From contig JACOXG010000012.1 of NCBI GenBank assembly GCA_016176405.1, forward strand, positions 2,217 through 66,216: a stretch of 64,000 bases of DNA. Reading direction: 5' to 3'. This document shows positions 9,999-21,038 of the stretch, in pieces (within the stretch, counting starts at the first letter, position 1; the number at the start of each line of letters is the position of its first letter). Under the pieces are notes generated by a model. That model had not been told where the DNA came from, searched no databases, and was given only the letters and a program-made list of their open reading frames with translations. The DNA comes from Candidatus Daviesbacteria bacterium. GTDB lineage: Bacteria > Patescibacteriota > Microgenomatia > Daviesbacterales > UBA10151. Position numbers and translations under genes: made by a program.

Positions 9999-10832
9999 AT
10001 GATTAATACATTATTAGGAATTAAAAAAACTATGACTAGTACATATGACTCCCGCGGTAGAAGGGTAGGGGCAACTGTGGTTGAAATGAGTCCCAATTTT
10101 GTAACTCAAATAAAAACTATGGATGGGAAAGATGGCTATAATGGAGTTCAACTTGGGTTTGGCACAAAAAAATCTGTTAAGAAACCCCAACTTGGACTAG
10201 GGAAAAAACTAGGAATAGAAAAACCAATCAGATGGTTTAGGGAAGTAAGAATTAAGGGTGAAGGGGAAAGCGTAAAGGGTGAAGAAATGAAACCTGGAAC
10301 AGAAATGAGCAAGCTCTCTCCTGGACAGGAGATAAAACTGGACCAGGTTTTTTCAATTGGAGATGAAGTTAAAGTAACAGGAACTTCCAAAGGCAGAGGA
10401 TTTGCCGGAGTGGTTAAAAGACACGGCTTTCATGGAGGTCCTAAAACTCATGGTCAATCAGATAGACATAGAGCTCCAGGTGCTATTGGTTCTGGAACAA
10501 CTCCGGGTAGAGTTTATAAAGGTAAAAAAATGGCAGGGCATATGGGAAATGTTCAAGTTTCTACTAGGGGTTTAGAGGTAGTGGGAATAGATAAAGAAAA
10601 AAATTTATTAACAATTAAAGGAGCAGTTCCTGGAGCAACTGGGGGGTTAGTTACGGTTACCAAATTAGGCAGAATTAAGGGCTATACTCCACCTCCGGAG
10701 GAAAAGGTGGAAGAAAGTGATGAGGGAGAAGTGCAAAGTGCAAAGTCAGAACCAGCTGAATCAAATGAAGCACCGAAAGAGGCGCCTTCGCCAGAGGCTA
10801 CGGCGCCCGAAGGAGGAAAAGATGCCAGTTAA
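9999..10832 (+). CDS. rplC: 50S ribosomal protein uL3 (acidic C-terminal extension)
   Basis: GTSKGRGFAGVVKRHGF, PGRVYKGKKMAGHMG. Confidence 0.97.
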   Translation: MINTLLGIKKTMTSTYDSRGRRVGATVVEMSPNFVTQIKTMDGKDGYNGVQLGFGTKKSVKKPQLGLGKKLGIEKPIRWFREVRIKGEGESVKGEEMKPGTEMSKLSPGQEIKLDQVFSIGDEVKVTGTSKGRGFAGVVKRHGFHGGPKTHGQSDRHRAPGAIGSGTTPGRVYKGKKMAGHMGNVQVSTRGLEVVGIDKEKNLLTIKGAVPGATGGLVTVTKLGRIKGYTPPPEEKVEESDEGEVQSAKSEPAESNEAPKEAPSPEATAPEGGKDAS

Positions 10833-11574
10833 AAAGAAAGTAATAAATAATAAGCGAAGCTTTCCTTCTACTAACGTAGAACGTAAGAAACAAGTAACAA
10901 GTAAAAAAGTTACCCCAAAAGCTAGTGGATTATCTATACCAGTGTATTCTCTAGCAGGCAGAGCATCTGGAAAATTATCTTTACCAAAAGAAATTTTTGG
11001 GCAAAAAGTTAATAAAACTTTACTGGCTCAAGCTTTAAGAGTTTATATGGCCAATGTAAAAGGTCATTTTGGATCAACCAAAACTCGGGGTGAAGTTAGA
11101 GGTTCCACTGCCAAAATTTACAGACAAAAAGGAACTGGTCGAGCCAGACACGGTGCAATCAGGGCACCGATTTTTGTAGGTGGAGGAATTACTTTTGGTC
11201 CAAAACCGCGCAAAGTTAGATTAGATCTGCCCAAAAAAATGAAAAAAGCAGCTTTAGTTTCTGCTTTATCTTCCAAAATAGCAGATAAACAAGCCATTGG
11301 TTTAACTGGTATAGATAAAGCTTCTGGTAAAACTAAGGAATTTGTCAGTCTTTTAGATAAAGTGAGGGGTAAAGGAAAAAATATCAGCTCTCTAATTGTG
11401 ACTGGAGACAAAACAGATAATGTGGTCAGGGCTGTGAGAAATATTCCAGGAGTGGATGCATTACCCATTAATTTAATAAATACTTATGAGGTGTTGAAGC
11501 ATGACATGTTGCTTATCACAAAAGAGGCAGTTGATATTTTAAGCGGAAAGGGTAAAGCGGAAAGGGTAAAGTAA
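10822..11574 (+). CDS. rplD: 50S ribosomal protein uL4 (basic N-terminal extension)
   Basis: RQKGTGRARHG, GGGITFGPKPR; AGGAGG before ATG 10822. Confidence 0.97.
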   Translation: MPVKKKVINNKRSFPSTNVERKKQVTSKKVTPKASGLSIPVYSLAGRASGKLSLPKEIFGQKVNKTLLAQALRVYMANVKGHFGSTKTRGEVRGSTAKIYRQKGTGRARHGAIRAPIFVGGGITFGPKPRKVRLDLPKKMKKAALVSALSSKIADKQAIGLTGIDKASGKTKEFVSLLDKVRGKGKNISSLIVTGDKTDNVVRAVRNIPGVDALPINLINTYEVLKHDMLLITKEAVDILSGKGKAERVK

Positions 11575-11576
11575 AT

Positions 11577-12011
11577 ATGCATATTGTTCTTAAAAGACCA
11601 CTTATTACAGAGAAATCAATGAAATTGGCAGATAAACATCTGTATACCTTTGAAGTGGATAAAAATGCTACCAAAGATGCTATTGCTAAGGCCGTTACAG
11701 ATAAATTTAGTGTCAAAGTTGTTGGAGTTAAAACAATCAATGTTAAGGGGGAGAGAAAATCTCAAAGAAGGGTCAGAAAGTTTTATCACACTACTGGTTT
11801 CAAAAAGGCTATTGTCCAGGTGGGTAAAACGCAAAAGATTGCCCTTTTTGAAACACCAAAAGAAGAGGAAGTGACTGTTACGACTGCCGAAGGAGAGCCA
11901 ATTAAATTAAAAGAGAAAAAAGATCTTTTGGGAAGAACCAAAGTGAGGGTTGAGAAAGGTGGAGCAGGCGCTGCTCCTACAACTCAGAGAAAGGTGATCA
12001 CAGGTAAGTGA
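11577..12011 (+). CDS. rplW: 50S ribosomal protein uL23 (C-terminal extension)
   Basis: PLITEKS, YTFEV, KKAIV. Confidence 0.95.
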   Translation: MHIVLKRPLITEKSMKLADKHLYTFEVDKNATKDAIAKAVTDKFSVKVVGVKTINVKGERKSQRRVRKFYHTTGFKKAIVQVGKTQKIALFETPKEEEVTVTTAEGEPIKLKEKKDLLGRTKVRVEKGGAGAAPTTQRKVITGK

Positions 12012-12012
12012 T

Positions 12013-12768
12013 ATGGAACAAATGATGGCACCCAAAAACTTAAGAACTATTTTAAAAAAGCATTCAGGCAGAAGCCATGGTCAGGTGACTGTTAGAGCTC
12101 AGGGTGGAAGACACAAAAGATATTTTAGAGATATTGATTTTAAAAGAGATAAATTTGGGGTGGAGGGTGAGGTAGTTGGGTTGGAATATGACCCTAATAG
12201 AAATGTGGATATTGCCTTAATTAAATATGCTGATGGTGAATATAGATATATTTTGGCTCCTTCGGGGTTAAAAATTGGCGATAAAGTCATCTCAGATGAA
12301 AAAGTGGAGATTAAGGTGGGTAATGCCCAGAAATTGAAAAATATCTCAATTGGGACCATTGTTCATAATGTGGAACTGATTCCAGGAATGGGCGGCAAAT
12401 TGGGCAGAAGTGCCGGAGTAGGGATACAGGTTTTAGCCAGAGAAGGTGGTTTTGTCCATCTGAAAATGCCATCCTCAGAAATAAGAATGGTACCGGAAGA
12501 TAGTTTGGCCACGATTGGAAAATTGGGTCATGAAGAATTTATGCAAAGAGTTTTGGGTAAAGCTGGGCGTTCCAGACACATGGGGATAAAACCAACAGTC
12601 AGAGGAGTGGCGCAAGATCCTCATTCTCACCCACATGGTGGCGGAGAGGGTAGATCTGGAATTGGAAGAAAGCGGCCAATGACAGTTTATGGAAGGCCAG
12701 CGGTGGGGAAAACCAGAGCTAAAGATAAATGGACCAGTAAGTTTATTTTGAAAAGGAGAAAAGTCTAA
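12013..12768 (+). CDS. rplB: 50S ribosomal protein uL2 (short N-terminus)
   Basis: [15 protein letters not shown]. Confidence 0.98.
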   Translation: MEQMMAPKNLRTILKKHSGRSHGQVTVRAQGGRHKRYFRDIDFKRDKFGVEGEVVGLEYDPNRNVDIALIKYADGEYRYILAPSGLKIGDKVISDEKVEIKVGNAQKLKNISIGTIVHNVELIPGMGGKLGRSAGVGIQVLAREGGFVHLKMPSSEIRMVPEDSLATIGKLGHEEFMQRVLGKAGRSRHMGIKPTVRGVAQDPHSHPHGGGEGRSGIGRKRPMTVYGRPAVGKTRAKDKWTSKFILKRRKV

Positions 12769-13052
12769 TGTCCAGAAGTACAAAAAAGGGTCCGTATATT
12801 GATGAAAAATTGATGAAAAAGGTGCAAGCTCAAAAAGCTTCTGGCAAAAAGGAGCCAATTAAAACTTGGGCTAGATCCTCGCAGATTCCGCCAGAGTTTG
12901 TTGGTCATACTTTTTTAGTCCATCAGGGCAAAAATTTTGTTTCTGTATATGTCTCTGAATCTATGGTCGGACAAAGATTGGGAGAATTTGCCCCAACCAG
13001 AATTTTTAGAGCACATGGAAAAGTGACAGAAAAATCTACGGCGAAGACGTAA
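12768..13052 (+). CDS. rpsS: 30S ribosomal protein uS19
   Basis: [20 protein letters not shown]. Confidence 0.98.
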   Translation: MSRSTKKGPYIDEKLMKKVQAQKASGKKEPIKTWARSSQIPPEFVGHTFLVHQGKNFVSVYVSESMVGQRLGEFAPTRIFRAHGKVTEKSTAKT

Positions 13053-13059
13053 GATTTAT

Positions 13060-13115
13060 AAGGACCTGATGCCCTCGCAGTATGGGATATTATACTGCTC
13101 GGTCATCAGAACCTT
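13060..13115 (+). repeat. Palindromic repeat family B copy 1
   Basis: AAGGACCTG...GATATTATA...CAGAACCTT; related to 20405-20459 and 49591-49645. Confidence 0.75.
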
Positions 13116-13137
13116 GTAATTTTGTAGGAACAAAATT

Positions 13138-13494
13138 ATGGAAGCACAAACAATACAAAAATATATACACAGTAGCCCTCGGAAATTGAGGTTAGTAGCA
13201 GATATGGTGAGAGAAATAGAGCCCGCAAGGGCTTTGGATATTTTAACAATCACCCCAAAATCTGCTGCCAAAGATTTGTCTTCTGCCATCAGAACTGCTT
13301 TGGCCAATGCTAAACAAAAGGGTTTAGATGAAAGTAAAGTCACTTTCAAAAAAATTGAGATTAATGAAGGAACCAAGATGAAAAGGTATCGAGCTGGTGC
13401 CAGAGGAAGGGCTAAACCATATGCTAGAAGAATGAGCCATATCAAAATAGTGTTGAGTGATGAGAAAGGAGAAGTAGGTGGGACAAAAGATTAA
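13138..13494 (+). CDS. rplV: 50S ribosomal protein uL22
   Basis: SPRKLRLVAD, ARGRA, SHIKIV. Confidence 0.97.
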   Translation: MEAQTIQKYIHSSPRKLRLVADMVREIEPARALDILTITPKSAAKDLSSAIRTALANAKQKGLDESKVTFKKIEINEGTKMKRYRAGARGRAKPYARRMSHIKIVLSDEKGEVGGTKD

Positions 13495-14119
13495 CCCGGT
13501 TGGTTTTAGAATGGGCATTGGTACAAGCTGGCAATCACGCTGGTTTGCTACTGATAATAAATACAAAGAATTTATTGCTGAAGATCTAAAAATTAGAGAA
13601 CTGTTGATGAAAAAACTTCGTCCAGCAGGGATTGGCAAGATAGAAATAGAAAGGTCAAGCAATAAAGTGAAAATAATTATTCATGTGTCTCGCCCAGGAG
13701 TATTGATTGGTAGAGGAGGTACTGGACTGGAGGAACTGAAAAATTTCTTGATGAAAAATTTAAACATTAAAGATAAGAATTCTTTGGAGGTAGTGCCTAT
13801 GGAAATTAGAGCTTCTGATTTATCTGCATATCTGGTGGCTCAATCAGTGGCTGAACAACTGGCCAAAAGAATGCCTGCTCAAAGGGTAATGAATCAAACT
13901 GTAGAAAGAGTAATGAGAGCAGGAGCCAAAGGAGTGAGGGTGGTTTTATCCGGCCGTATTGGTGGAGCAGAAATAGCCAGACGTGAGTGGAAGGCCAGAG
14001 GGACCATGCCCCTCCATACTTTAAGAGCAGATATTGATTTTGCTGTATATCCTGCCCTGACCAAATCCGGTTATGTGGGAGTAAAGGTTTGGATTAATAA
14101 GGGTGAGGTTGAGATATGA
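13478..14119 (+). CDS. rpsC: 30S ribosomal protein uS3
   Basis: GQKINPVGFR, GRIGGAEIAR, PLHTLRADID. Confidence 0.98.
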   Translation: MGQKINPVGFRMGIGTSWQSRWFATDNKYKEFIAEDLKIRELLMKKLRPAGIGKIEIERSSNKVKIIIHVSRPGVLIGRGGTGLEELKNFLMKNLNIKDKNSLEVVPMEIRASDLSAYLVAQSVAEQLAKRMPAQRVMNQTVERVMRAGAKGVRVVLSGRIGGAEIARREWKARGTMPLHTLRADIDFAVYPALTKSGYVGVKVWINKGEVEI

Positions 14120-14182
14120 TAACCTCACCCTTGCCTTTTTGGCTTCGCCAAAAACGTAAAGGAGAGGTAGAAAGGTAAAATT

Positions 14183-14599
14183 ATGGCTTTATTGCAACCA
14201 AAAAGAACTAAATACAGAAAAACTTTTAAAGGTGTCAGAACTGGGATAGCCACCCGTAGTAATAAATTGGCCTTTGGTACTTTTGGCCTCAAAGTAATGG
14301 AAGCTGGTTGGATCTCAGCCAGACAACTAGAGGCAGCAAGAAGAGCCATGGCTCACTTTACTCAAAGAGGTGGACGTATTTGGATTAGAATTTTTCCTGA
14401 TAAACCCATTACCAAACATCCAGCAGAAAGTAGAATGGGTTCTGGTAAAGGTGATGTGGAAGGGTATGTGGCTGTGGTCAAAAGAGGACAATTAGTTTTT
14501 GAAATGGGAGCAATTGATAGAGGGGTAGCTCAGGAAGCATTAAGGTTGGCTGCCCATAAATTACCGGTAGCTACTAAATTTATTGAGAAAGGTGAGTAA
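14183..14599 (+). CDS. rplP: 50S ribosomal protein uL16
   Basis: [17 protein letters not shown]. Confidence 0.98.
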   Translation: MALLQPKRTKYRKTFKGVRTGIATRSNKLAFGTFGLKVMEAGWISARQLEAARRAMAHFTQRGGRIWIRIFPDKPITKHPAESRMGSGKGDVEGYVAVVKRGQLVFEMGAIDRGVAQEALRLAAHKLPVATKFIEKGE

Positions 14600-14603
14600 T
14601 TTT

Positions 14604-14888
14604 GTGAAAAAACGAGAATTGACACAAATTAAAAGTTTACCAGTCAAAGAGCTAATTTTAAAAGCAAAAGCCATCAAAGGAGAAATAGCAAATTTAGTGA
14701 TTGATAAAAATATCAAAAAGTTAAAAGATACCAGATCTATTTTTAAAAAAAGAAAAGATTTGGCTCAGGTTTTAACAATTATCAGGCAAAAACAATTACT
14801 TGAAAAATTAGAATCTAGAGTCGAGAGTCAAGAGTCTAGTAAAGAAGTGTCAAAAGCTGAAACAAGAAAGGAGAAAACTAGTCTCTAG
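14604..14888 (+). CDS. rpmC: 50S ribosomal protein uL29
   Basis: Position between rplP and rpsQ; RKDLAQVLT; GTG start inferred. Confidence 0.85.
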   Translation: MKKRELTQIKSLPVKELILKAKAIKGEIANLVIDKNIKKLKDTRSIFKKRKDLAQVLTIIRQKQLLEKLESRVESQESSKEVSKAETRKEKTSL

Positions 14889-14911
14889 ACTCTAGCGACT
14901 AGTCACTACTT

Positions 14912-15307
14912 ATGATTGGTAGAGTTGTTTCAATAAAATCAAAATCAACTGCTACTGTTTTAGTGGAAAGACAATCCATGAGCAGATTATATGGGAAAAC
15001 TTTTGTGAGAAGTAAAAAATATTTAGTAGATGATCCGCTTAGAGTTAAAGATGGAGATATGGTAGAGATTGAACAAAGTCGGCCTCAGTCAAAAAGAAAA
15101 CATTGGAGAATCATTAAAGTTTTGGGGAAAAATATAGCTGAACTTGCTAAAGCTCATTTAAAGAAAAAGGGTGAGGAAGCGATTGCCCAAGTTATGCCAG
15201 AAGAAAAGGAGACTGAAGAGTCATCAGAACTCAGTCGTCAGACGGAAGGTGAAGTGAATAAGAAACAAAGAAAATCTAAGGTAAGAAAGGAGAAGTCTGA
15301 AAGCTGA
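14912..15307 (+). CDS. rpsQ: 30S ribosomal protein uS17 (C-terminal extension)
   Basis: GRVVS, SRPQSKRKHW. Confidence 0.95.
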   Translation: MIGRVVSIKSKSTATVLVERQSMSRLYGKTFVRSKKYLVDDPLRVKDGDMVEIEQSRPQSKRKHWRIIKVLGKNIAELAKAHLKKKGEEAIAQVMPEEKETEESSELSRQTEGEVNKKQRKSKVRKEKSES

Positions 15308-15325
15308 TAGCTGAAGACTAATTTC

Positions 15326-15694
15326 ATGGTACAACATCGAACAATGTTAACTGTTGCTGATAATAGCGGAGCAAAAATATTGCAGGTTATTCAACCACTC
15401 GGTGGCTCTGGTAAAAGAAAAGCCAAGGTTGGAGAAATAGTTGTTGCAGTTGTTAAAGGAGCTGATCCAAATGGGCAAGTTAAAGATCATGAAAAAGTTA
15501 AGGTAGTAATTGTCAGGTGTAAAAAAGAGTTAAGAAGAGATGATGGATCATACATTAAATTTGATGATAATGCTGGTGTGGTTATTGATGATGAGAAAAA
15601 TTTACGAGCCACCCGTATTTTTGGCCCAATTGCCAGAGAAGTTAGAGATGTGGGGTTTTCCAAAATAGTTTCTTTAGCCCAGGAGGTATGGTAA
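15326..15694 (+). CDS. rplN: 50S ribosomal protein uL14
   Basis: [18 protein letters not shown]. Confidence 0.98.
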   Translation: MVQHRTMLTVADNSGAKILQVIQPLGGSGKRKAKVGEIVVAVVKGADPNGQVKDHEKVKVVIVRCKKELRRDDGSYIKFDDNAGVVIDDEKNLRATRIFGPIAREVRDVGFSKIVSLAQEVW

Positions 15695-16002
15695 AGGTGA
15701 AAATTAAAAAGGGAGATAAAGTCAAAATTTTATTAGGTAAAGATCGGGGAAAAGAGGGTACTGTTGAGTATGTCATGGCTAAGGATCAAAAGGTATTTGT
15801 AGGAGGGGCGAATATCTATAAAAGACATGTTAGGAAAATGGGTAACAGAGAGGGGGGTATTATTGATCTGCCTAAACCCTTGGATGTTTCTAATGTGGCC
15901 CTAATTTGCCCAAATTGCAAAAAGGTGACCAGGGTAGGTTTTAAAATGGTGGATAATGAGAAATCAAGAATTTGTAGAAAATGTGGAAAGGAGTTTAAAT
16001 GA
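15688..16002 (+). CDS. rplX: 50S ribosomal protein uL24
   Basis: [17 protein letters not shown] motif; CPNC/CRKC. Confidence 0.97.
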   Translation: MVKVKIKKGDKVKILLGKDRGKEGTVEYVMAKDQKVFVGGANIYKRHVRKMGNREGGIIDLPKPLDVSNVALICPNCKKVTRVGFKMVDNEKSRICRKCGKEFK

Positions 16003-16020
16003 GTTGAGCGGACTCATGAA

Positions 16021-16091
16021 GGAGATCCTTCGACTCGCTTCGCTCGCTCAGGATGACAACAAAAGTTTAGAAATTATACTTTTGTTGTCAA
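16021..16091 (+). repeat. Palindromic repeat family A with terminal 13-bp hairpin
   Basis: GAGATCCTTCGACTCGCTTCGCTCGCTCAGGATGACA identical to the 22113 copy, then TGACA-N7-T/loop/A-N7'-TGTCA. Confidence 0.9.
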
Positions 16092-16637
16092 ATGACCATG
16101 AACAGACTTAAAGACAAATATCTAAAAGAAGTACAGGCTAAATTACAACAAGAACTGGGACTAAAGAACAGATTGGCCATACCCCGTTTGGATAAGATAG
16201 TCATCAGTATAGGTCTGGGAGAGGCCAAAGACAACAGTGGCATTTTAGATAAAGTTAAAATTTATTTGGCTGCTCTGGTTGGACAACAACCTGTTATAAC
16301 TTATGCTAAAAAATCTGTTGCTACTTTTAAAGTTTCTAAAGGTCAACCTATTGGGATGATGGTGACTTTAAGAGGTGATAAAATGTTTGCCTTCTTGGAT
16401 AAGTTAATTAATATTGTTTTACCCAAGGTGAGAGATTTTAAAGGTATCTCGGAAAAGTCCTTTGATACTCAAGGGAATTTAAATATTGGACTAAAAGAAC
16501 AGATTATTTTTCCTGAGGTAGATTATAAAGCAATTGATAAAGTGAGAGGTCTGGCTGTTACCATTACCAGCACTGCCAAAAATAAAGAGGAAGGGAGAAA
16601 ACTTTTAGAGGCATTGGGAATGCCGTTTAGGAGTTAA
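16092..16637 (+). CDS. rplE: 50S ribosomal protein uL5
   Basis: [15 protein letters not shown]. Confidence 0.97.
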   Translation: MTMNRLKDKYLKEVQAKLQQELGLKNRLAIPRLDKIVISIGLGEAKDNSGILDKVKIYLAALVGQQPVITYAKKSVATFKVSKGQPIGMMVTLRGDKMFAFLDKLINIVLPKVRDFKGISEKSFDTQGNLNIGLKEQIIFPEVDYKAIDKVRGLAVTITSTAKNKEEGRKLLEALGMPFRS

Positions 16638-16641
16638 AACC

Positions 16642-16821
16642 ATGGCTAAGGTTTCGAATATTGTTAAAAAGAAATTTAAATATGAAGTTCAAAAAAGAAA
16701 CAGGTGTATGCGCTGTGGTAGATCTAGAGCCTATCTTAGAAAATTTGGTCTTTGTAGATTATGCTTTCGGGAATTTGCTCATAAAGGGCAATTGCCTGGA
16801 GTAAAGAAAGCGAGTTGGTAA
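16642..16821 (+). CDS. rpsN: 30S ribosomal protein uS14, Zn-binding type (not in ORF track)
   Basis: Manual translation [59 protein letters not shown]. Confidence 0.97.
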   Translation: MAKVSNIVKKKFKYEVQKRNRCMRCGRSRAYLRKFGLCRLCFREFAHKGQLPGVKKASW

Positions 16822-17195
16822 TGGATCCAATAGCAGATGCATTAATCAGAGTTAAAAATGGTTATCTGGTTGGTAAAAGTCAGGTAACTTTAAAATATTC
16901 AAAATTAATCCTGACACTAATGAAACTTTTGCAAAAAGAGGGCTTTATCTCGGAAGTTTCGAAAAAAGATAAAGAAATTATTGTCAGCTTAAAATATGTC
17001 TCAAGAAAACCTGCTTTAACAGATGTTAAAAGAGTATCAAAACCATCTCTAAGAATATATAAAGGAGTCAGGTCAATACCTCAAGTTTTAAATGGTCTAG
17101 GAATCGCCGTTATCTCAACACCCAAAGGAATTATGACTGATAAGCAAGCAAGAAAAGCCAATGTGGGAGGGGAGGTATTAGCACTAGTTTGGTAG
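16821..17195 (+). CDS. rpsH: 30S ribosomal protein uS8
   Basis: [26 protein letters not shown]. Confidence 0.97.
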   Translation: MDPIADALIRVKNGYLVGKSQVTLKYSKLILTLMKLLQKEGFISEVSKKDKEIIVSLKYVSRKPALTDVKRVSKPSLRIYKGVRSIPQVLNGLGIAVISTPKGIMTDKQARKANVGGEVLALVW

Positions 17196-17217
17196 ATCAG
17201 TGAGTTTAAAATAATCA

Positions 17218-17787
17218 ATGAGTAGAATAGGCAATTTACCAATTAATATACCTGATGGAGTGACCGTTAAGAAAGATGGGAATATTGTTGTGGTTAATGG
17301 CTCAAAAGGAACTTTGAAGATGGAGGTAACTCCAGCAATCAAGATAGAAATAGAAAATAACCAAGTAATTGTTAAAAGAAAAAATGACGAAAAGGCGATT
17401 AAATCTTTACATGGTTTAACAAGAAGTTTGATTGACAATATGATCAAAGGTGTAACCGCGGGTTGGGAAAAAAATTTAGAACTCTCAGGGGTCGGTTTTA
17501 GGGGCCAAACAAGTGGAGAGAAACTAATTTTAAATGTGGGTTTTTCTCATCCGGTGGAAATTGCTGCCCCAGCAGGAATTACTTTTGAGGTAATAGATAA
17601 TACCAAGATAAAAGTTTTAGGAATTAATAAGGAGTTAGTAGGACAAGTGGCAGCCAATATTAGAAAAGTGAAAGTGCCAGATGTTTATAAAGGTAAGGGA
17701 ATAAAATATGAAGGTGAGTATATCAGAAAGAAGGTAGGTAAGACTGGTAAGATAGGAGCCATGGGAGCAGCAGGAGGAGGAAAATGA
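17218..17787 (+). CDS. rplF: 50S ribosomal protein uL6
   Basis: MSRIG, PDVYKGKGI. Confidence 0.98.
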   Translation: MSRIGNLPINIPDGVTVKKDGNIVVVNGSKGTLKMEVTPAIKIEIENNQVIVKRKNDEKAIKSLHGLTRSLIDNMIKGVTAGWEKNLELSGVGFRGQTSGEKLILNVGFSHPVEIAAPAGITFEVIDNTKIKVLGINKELVGQVAANIRKVKVPDVYKGKGIKYEGEYIRKKVGKTGKIGAMGAAGGGK

Positions 17788-17820
17788 GGGAAAAGCGATC
17801 CCCTTTTCACTAATTAATAT

Positions 17821-18156
17821 ATGAACAAAAGCTTGAGAGTCAAGAGACATAAAAAAATAAGGAAAAAGATTATGGGAACTAAAGATAGACCAAGGTTATC
17901 AGTTTTTAGATCCGGCAAACATATCTTTGCTCAGATTATCAATGATGCTGAGTCTAAAACGTTAGTCTCTGCCTCTGATTTAAACTTAGATAAATCAACC
18001 AAGAGCCAAAAAGCGTACGAGGTAGGGAAAAAATTAGCAGAAAAAGCTCTCAAGAAAAAGATCAAAGCAGTGGTATTTGATCGGGGAGGTTATCTTTATC
18101 ATGGTAGAGTATTAGAGCTAGCCAAAGGTGTCAGAGAAGGAGGGTTGGAATTTTAG
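17821..18156 (+). CDS. rplR: 50S ribosomal protein uL18
   Basis: [21 protein letters not shown]. Confidence 0.97.
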   Translation: MNKSLRVKRHKKIRKKIMGTKDRPRLSVFRSGKHIFAQIINDAESKTLVSASDLNLDKSTKSQKAYEVGKKLAEKALKKKIKAVVFDRGGYLYHGRVLELAKGVREGGLEF

Positions 18157-18165
18157 GATAAGAAT

Positions 18166-18654
18166 ATGAACAATAAAAGACAAAACAAAGGATTGGAATA
18201 TAAAGGAGAAGAATCTGAATACTTTGAACGAGTAGTGCAAGTTAACAGGGTTTCTAAGAAAACCAAAGGAGGAGATAGAAGATCTCTTTCAGTGATTGTG
18301 GTGGTGGGGGATAGAAAGGGTAAAGTGGGAGTAGGTTTAGGTAAAGCTCAAGAAGTCCAATCAGCTGTCAAAAAGGCTACCAATTATGCCAAAAGACATA
18401 TGATAGATGTACCGTTAAAAGGGAGAACCATCCCACATCATATATTAGTTAAACTTGGGGCAGCCAGAGTCTTACTTAAACCTGCACCTGAGGGAACAGG
18501 AGTAATTGCAGGTGGGGCTGTCAGAGTGGTGGTTGAGGCAGCAGGAATTCATGATGTGGTTTCTAAAATTTTGGGTACAGAAAACCAGGCCTCAAATGTT
18601 TATGCCACACTAGAGGCTTTAAAAAGACTTAAAAAGGTAGAGGAGGTTGGATGA
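18166..18654 (+). CDS. rpsE: 30S ribosomal protein uS5
   Basis: KKTKGG, PAPEGTGVIAGG. Confidence 0.97.
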   Translation: MNNKRQNKGLEYKGEESEYFERVVQVNRVSKKTKGGDRRSLSVIVVVGDRKGKVGVGLGKAQEVQSAVKKATNYAKRHMIDVPLKGRTIPHHILVKLGAARVLLKPAPEGTGVIAGGAVRVVVEAAGIHDVVSKILGTENQASNVYATLEALKRLKKVEEVG

Positions 18655-19085
18655 AACTACATGAGGTAATCAAAGTAACTAGTAAACCTAAAAAACGTCT
18701 TGGCCGGGGGATAGGTTCTGGTAGAGGCAAAACTGCTGGTCGGGGCACCAAAGGACAAAAGGCGCGAGGCAAAATCCCTTTAAGATTTGCCGGTGGTTTA
18801 TCTTTATATAAAAAATTACCCTTAAGAAGAGGTTTGGGTAATCCTAAGCGCTCCCCTAGATATCATCTAATCACACTGAGCGATTTAAATTCATTTAAAA
18901 ATAAAGAAGTGGTGGGGATTGATGAACTGATCAAATCCAAAATAGTCAGTTCCAAAGAAGCAAAAAAGGGTGTTAAAGTTTTAGGAGTTGGAGAGATTAA
19001 AACCTCTTTAACTGTTAGACTGCCAGTGTCAAAAAGCGCCCAGGAAAAGATTGAGAAAAAAGGAGGCAAGATTGAATATGCCTAG
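18651..19085 (+). CDS. rplO: 50S ribosomal protein uL15
   Basis: [24 protein letters not shown]; directly follows rpsE (no rpmD). Confidence 0.97.
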   Translation: MKLHEVIKVTSKPKKRLGRGIGSGRGKTAGRGTKGQKARGKIPLRFAGGLSLYKKLPLRRGLGNPKRSPRYHLITLSDLNSFKNKEVVGIDELIKSKIVSSKEAKKGVKVLGVGEIKTSLTVRLPVSKSAQEKIEKKGGKIEYA

Positions 19086-20373
19086 TATATTACAACCAAT
19101 TTTAACTGCTTTTAAAATTGCCGAACTAAGAAGAAAAATTTTTATCACTATTTTGATTGTGGTAATTTTCAGAATTGTGGCTCATATTCCTGTTTCAGGA
19201 ATTGATTTGGTGGGACTGCAAGCGCTGTTTGCTTCTAATCAACTGCTAGGGCTTTTAGATATTTTCTCAGGTGGTACTTTGGTCAACTTTTCAGTAATTT
19301 CTTTAGGGCTTAATCCCTACATTAATGCTTCTATCATCATGCAACTTTTAACCATGATTATGCCCAAGCTGGAAGCTTTATCCAAAGAGGGAGAATATGG
19401 CAGACAAATTATTACTCAATACACCAGATATTTGACAATACCTTTGGCAGCTATTCAATCAATTGGGATGTTTGTACTTTTGAGAAATCAGGGATTACTA
19501 CCGGAAGTTTTACCTATTCAGATTGCGGCAATTGTGGTAGGGATGACTGCGGGAACTATTTTTTTAATGTGGTTAGGGGAACTTATCACTGAATATGGAA
19601 TTGGTAATGGCATTTCACTTTTAATTTTTGCAGGAATTGTCACCAGAATTCCAGTTGTTTTGACCCAGACTGCCACAGTTTTTGACCAGACTCAACTGTT
19701 TAACATTTTACTTTTTGCCATCTTTTCTATTTTGGTGATTGCCGCAGTGGTTTTTATTAATGAAGGCAGAAGACAAATTGCCGTGCATTATGCCAGAAGA
19801 TTTATGAGCGGTCGAGAGGGTATTGGTGATAAGACTTATTTGCCACTACGAGTTAATCAAGCTGGAGTCATCCCAATTATTTTTGCTGTTTCTTTGGTAT
19901 TAATCCCCTCGTTTGCAGGATCATATCTTGCTCAACTTCCCACCACTCAACTTAATTTTTTGGGAAGATGGCTCTCTCAAAACTTTACCCCCGATGGCTT
20001 CACTTATAATTTAGTTTACTTTTTATTAGTAGTTGGTTTTACCTTCTTTTATACGGCAGTCATTTTTAATCCGGCTAAAGTTTCTGAGGAAATTAAAAAA
20101 TATGGCGGATTTATACCCGGTATCAGACCGGGTACCCAGACAGCTGCTTTTCTAAGTTATATTATGGTCAGAATTACCTTGGCAGGAGCTTTATTTTTGG
20201 GCGCAATCGCCATCCTACCTTCAATTGCGGCTGGTCTGACTGGGGTAACAACTTTAATTTTAGGAGGAACAGGGCTTTTGATTGTGGTGTCAGTGATTAT
20301 GGATACTGCTAAACAATTTGAAAGTAAACTTGTGGAGAAAAGTTATGAAGTTTTTGCCAGAAGAAGGTTATAA
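19078..20373 (+). CDS. secY: Preprotein translocase SecY
   Basis: [36 protein letters not shown]. Confidence 0.98.
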   Translation: MPSILQPILTAFKIAELRRKIFITILIVVIFRIVAHIPVSGIDLVGLQALFASNQLLGLLDIFSGGTLVNFSVISLGLNPYINASIIMQLLTMIMPKLEALSKEGEYGRQIITQYTRYLTIPLAAIQSIGMFVLLRNQGLLPEVLPIQIAAIVVGMTAGTIFLMWLGELITEYGIGNGISLLIFAGIVTRIPVVLTQTATVFDQTQLFNILLFAIFSILVIAAVVFINEGRRQIAVHYARRFMSGREGIGDKTYLPLRVNQAGVIPIIFAVSLVLIPSFAGSYLAQLPTTQLNFLGRWLSQNFTPDGFTYNLVYFLLVVGFTFFYTAVIFNPAKVSEEIKKYGGFIPGIRPGTQTAAFLSYIMVRITLAGALFLGAIAILPSIAAGLTGVTTLILGGTGLLIVVSVIMDTAKQFESKLVEKSYEVFARRRL

Positions 20374-20404
20374 GGACTAAAGTCTTTGCGATCCTTCGGA
20401 TCTA

Positions 20405-20459
20405 AAGGACCTGCTCGCACTTCACTATGGAATATTATAGTTCGTGCTCGCAGAACCTT
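20405..20459 (+). repeat. Palindromic repeat family B copy 2
   Basis: AAGGACCTGCTCGC...AATATTATA...GCTCGCAGAACCTT. Confidence 0.8.
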
Positions 20460-20507
20460 GCCTTTTTAATTCTAAGGCAATTATATTTTTAAGGAGGAAT
20501 TAAAAAC

Positions 20508-21038
20508 GTGAAAATACTTTTTATTGGTCCGCAAGGTTCAGGGAAATCAACTCAAGCCAAACTATTGGCTAAATATTTAAAGATTACTTATCTCTCAACT
20601 GGGGATATTTTCCGAAAGATATCTTTGGAGAAAAGTAGCGCAGAAGGACAAAGAATTAGACATCTTTTGGAATCTGGTCATTTGGTTGACGATGAAACAA
20701 CGGCTGAGATTGTTAAAAAAAGAGTCACAGAGGAAGATTGTCAAAATGGGTTTATTTTAGATGGTTATCCTAGAAATTTAAATCAAGTTCAGTTATTTGA
20801 TCCGGGTTTTGACCAAGCCATTTTTTTAAATGTACCAGCAGAACAAGTAATAGAGAGATTAACCAAAAGAGGAAGAGCAGATGATACCCCAGAGCTAATT
20901 AAAAAAAGATTAGAGCTATACTTTAATGAAACCCAACCTATCTTAAATTATTATCGAAAGCTAGGCAAGTTAATTGAGATTGATGGTCAAGGAGAAATAG
21001 ATCAAATACAAAATAAGATTAGAGATGAAATCTCGTAA
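20508..21038 (+). CDS. adk: Adenylate kinase (short, LID-less type)
   Basis: GPQGSGKSTQA, GFILDGYPR, RGRADD. Confidence 0.95.
   Translation: MKILFIGPQGSGKSTQAKLLAKYLKITYLSTGDIFRKISLEKSSAEGQRIRHLLESGHLVDDETTAEIVKKRVTEEDCQNGFILDGYPRNLNQVQLFDPGFDQAIFLNVPAEQVIERLTKRGRADDTPELIKKRLELYFNETQPILNYYRKLGKLIEIDGQGEIDQIQNKIRDEIS

Noticed and set aside
16066-16091. Minus-strand TTGACA...TATAAT in the family A hairpins as a sigma70 promoter
   Set aside because: Spacer is 7 nt in all three copies, not 16-18
18640-18660. Absence of rpmD (uL30) as a novelty
   Set aside because: Established general feature of CPR
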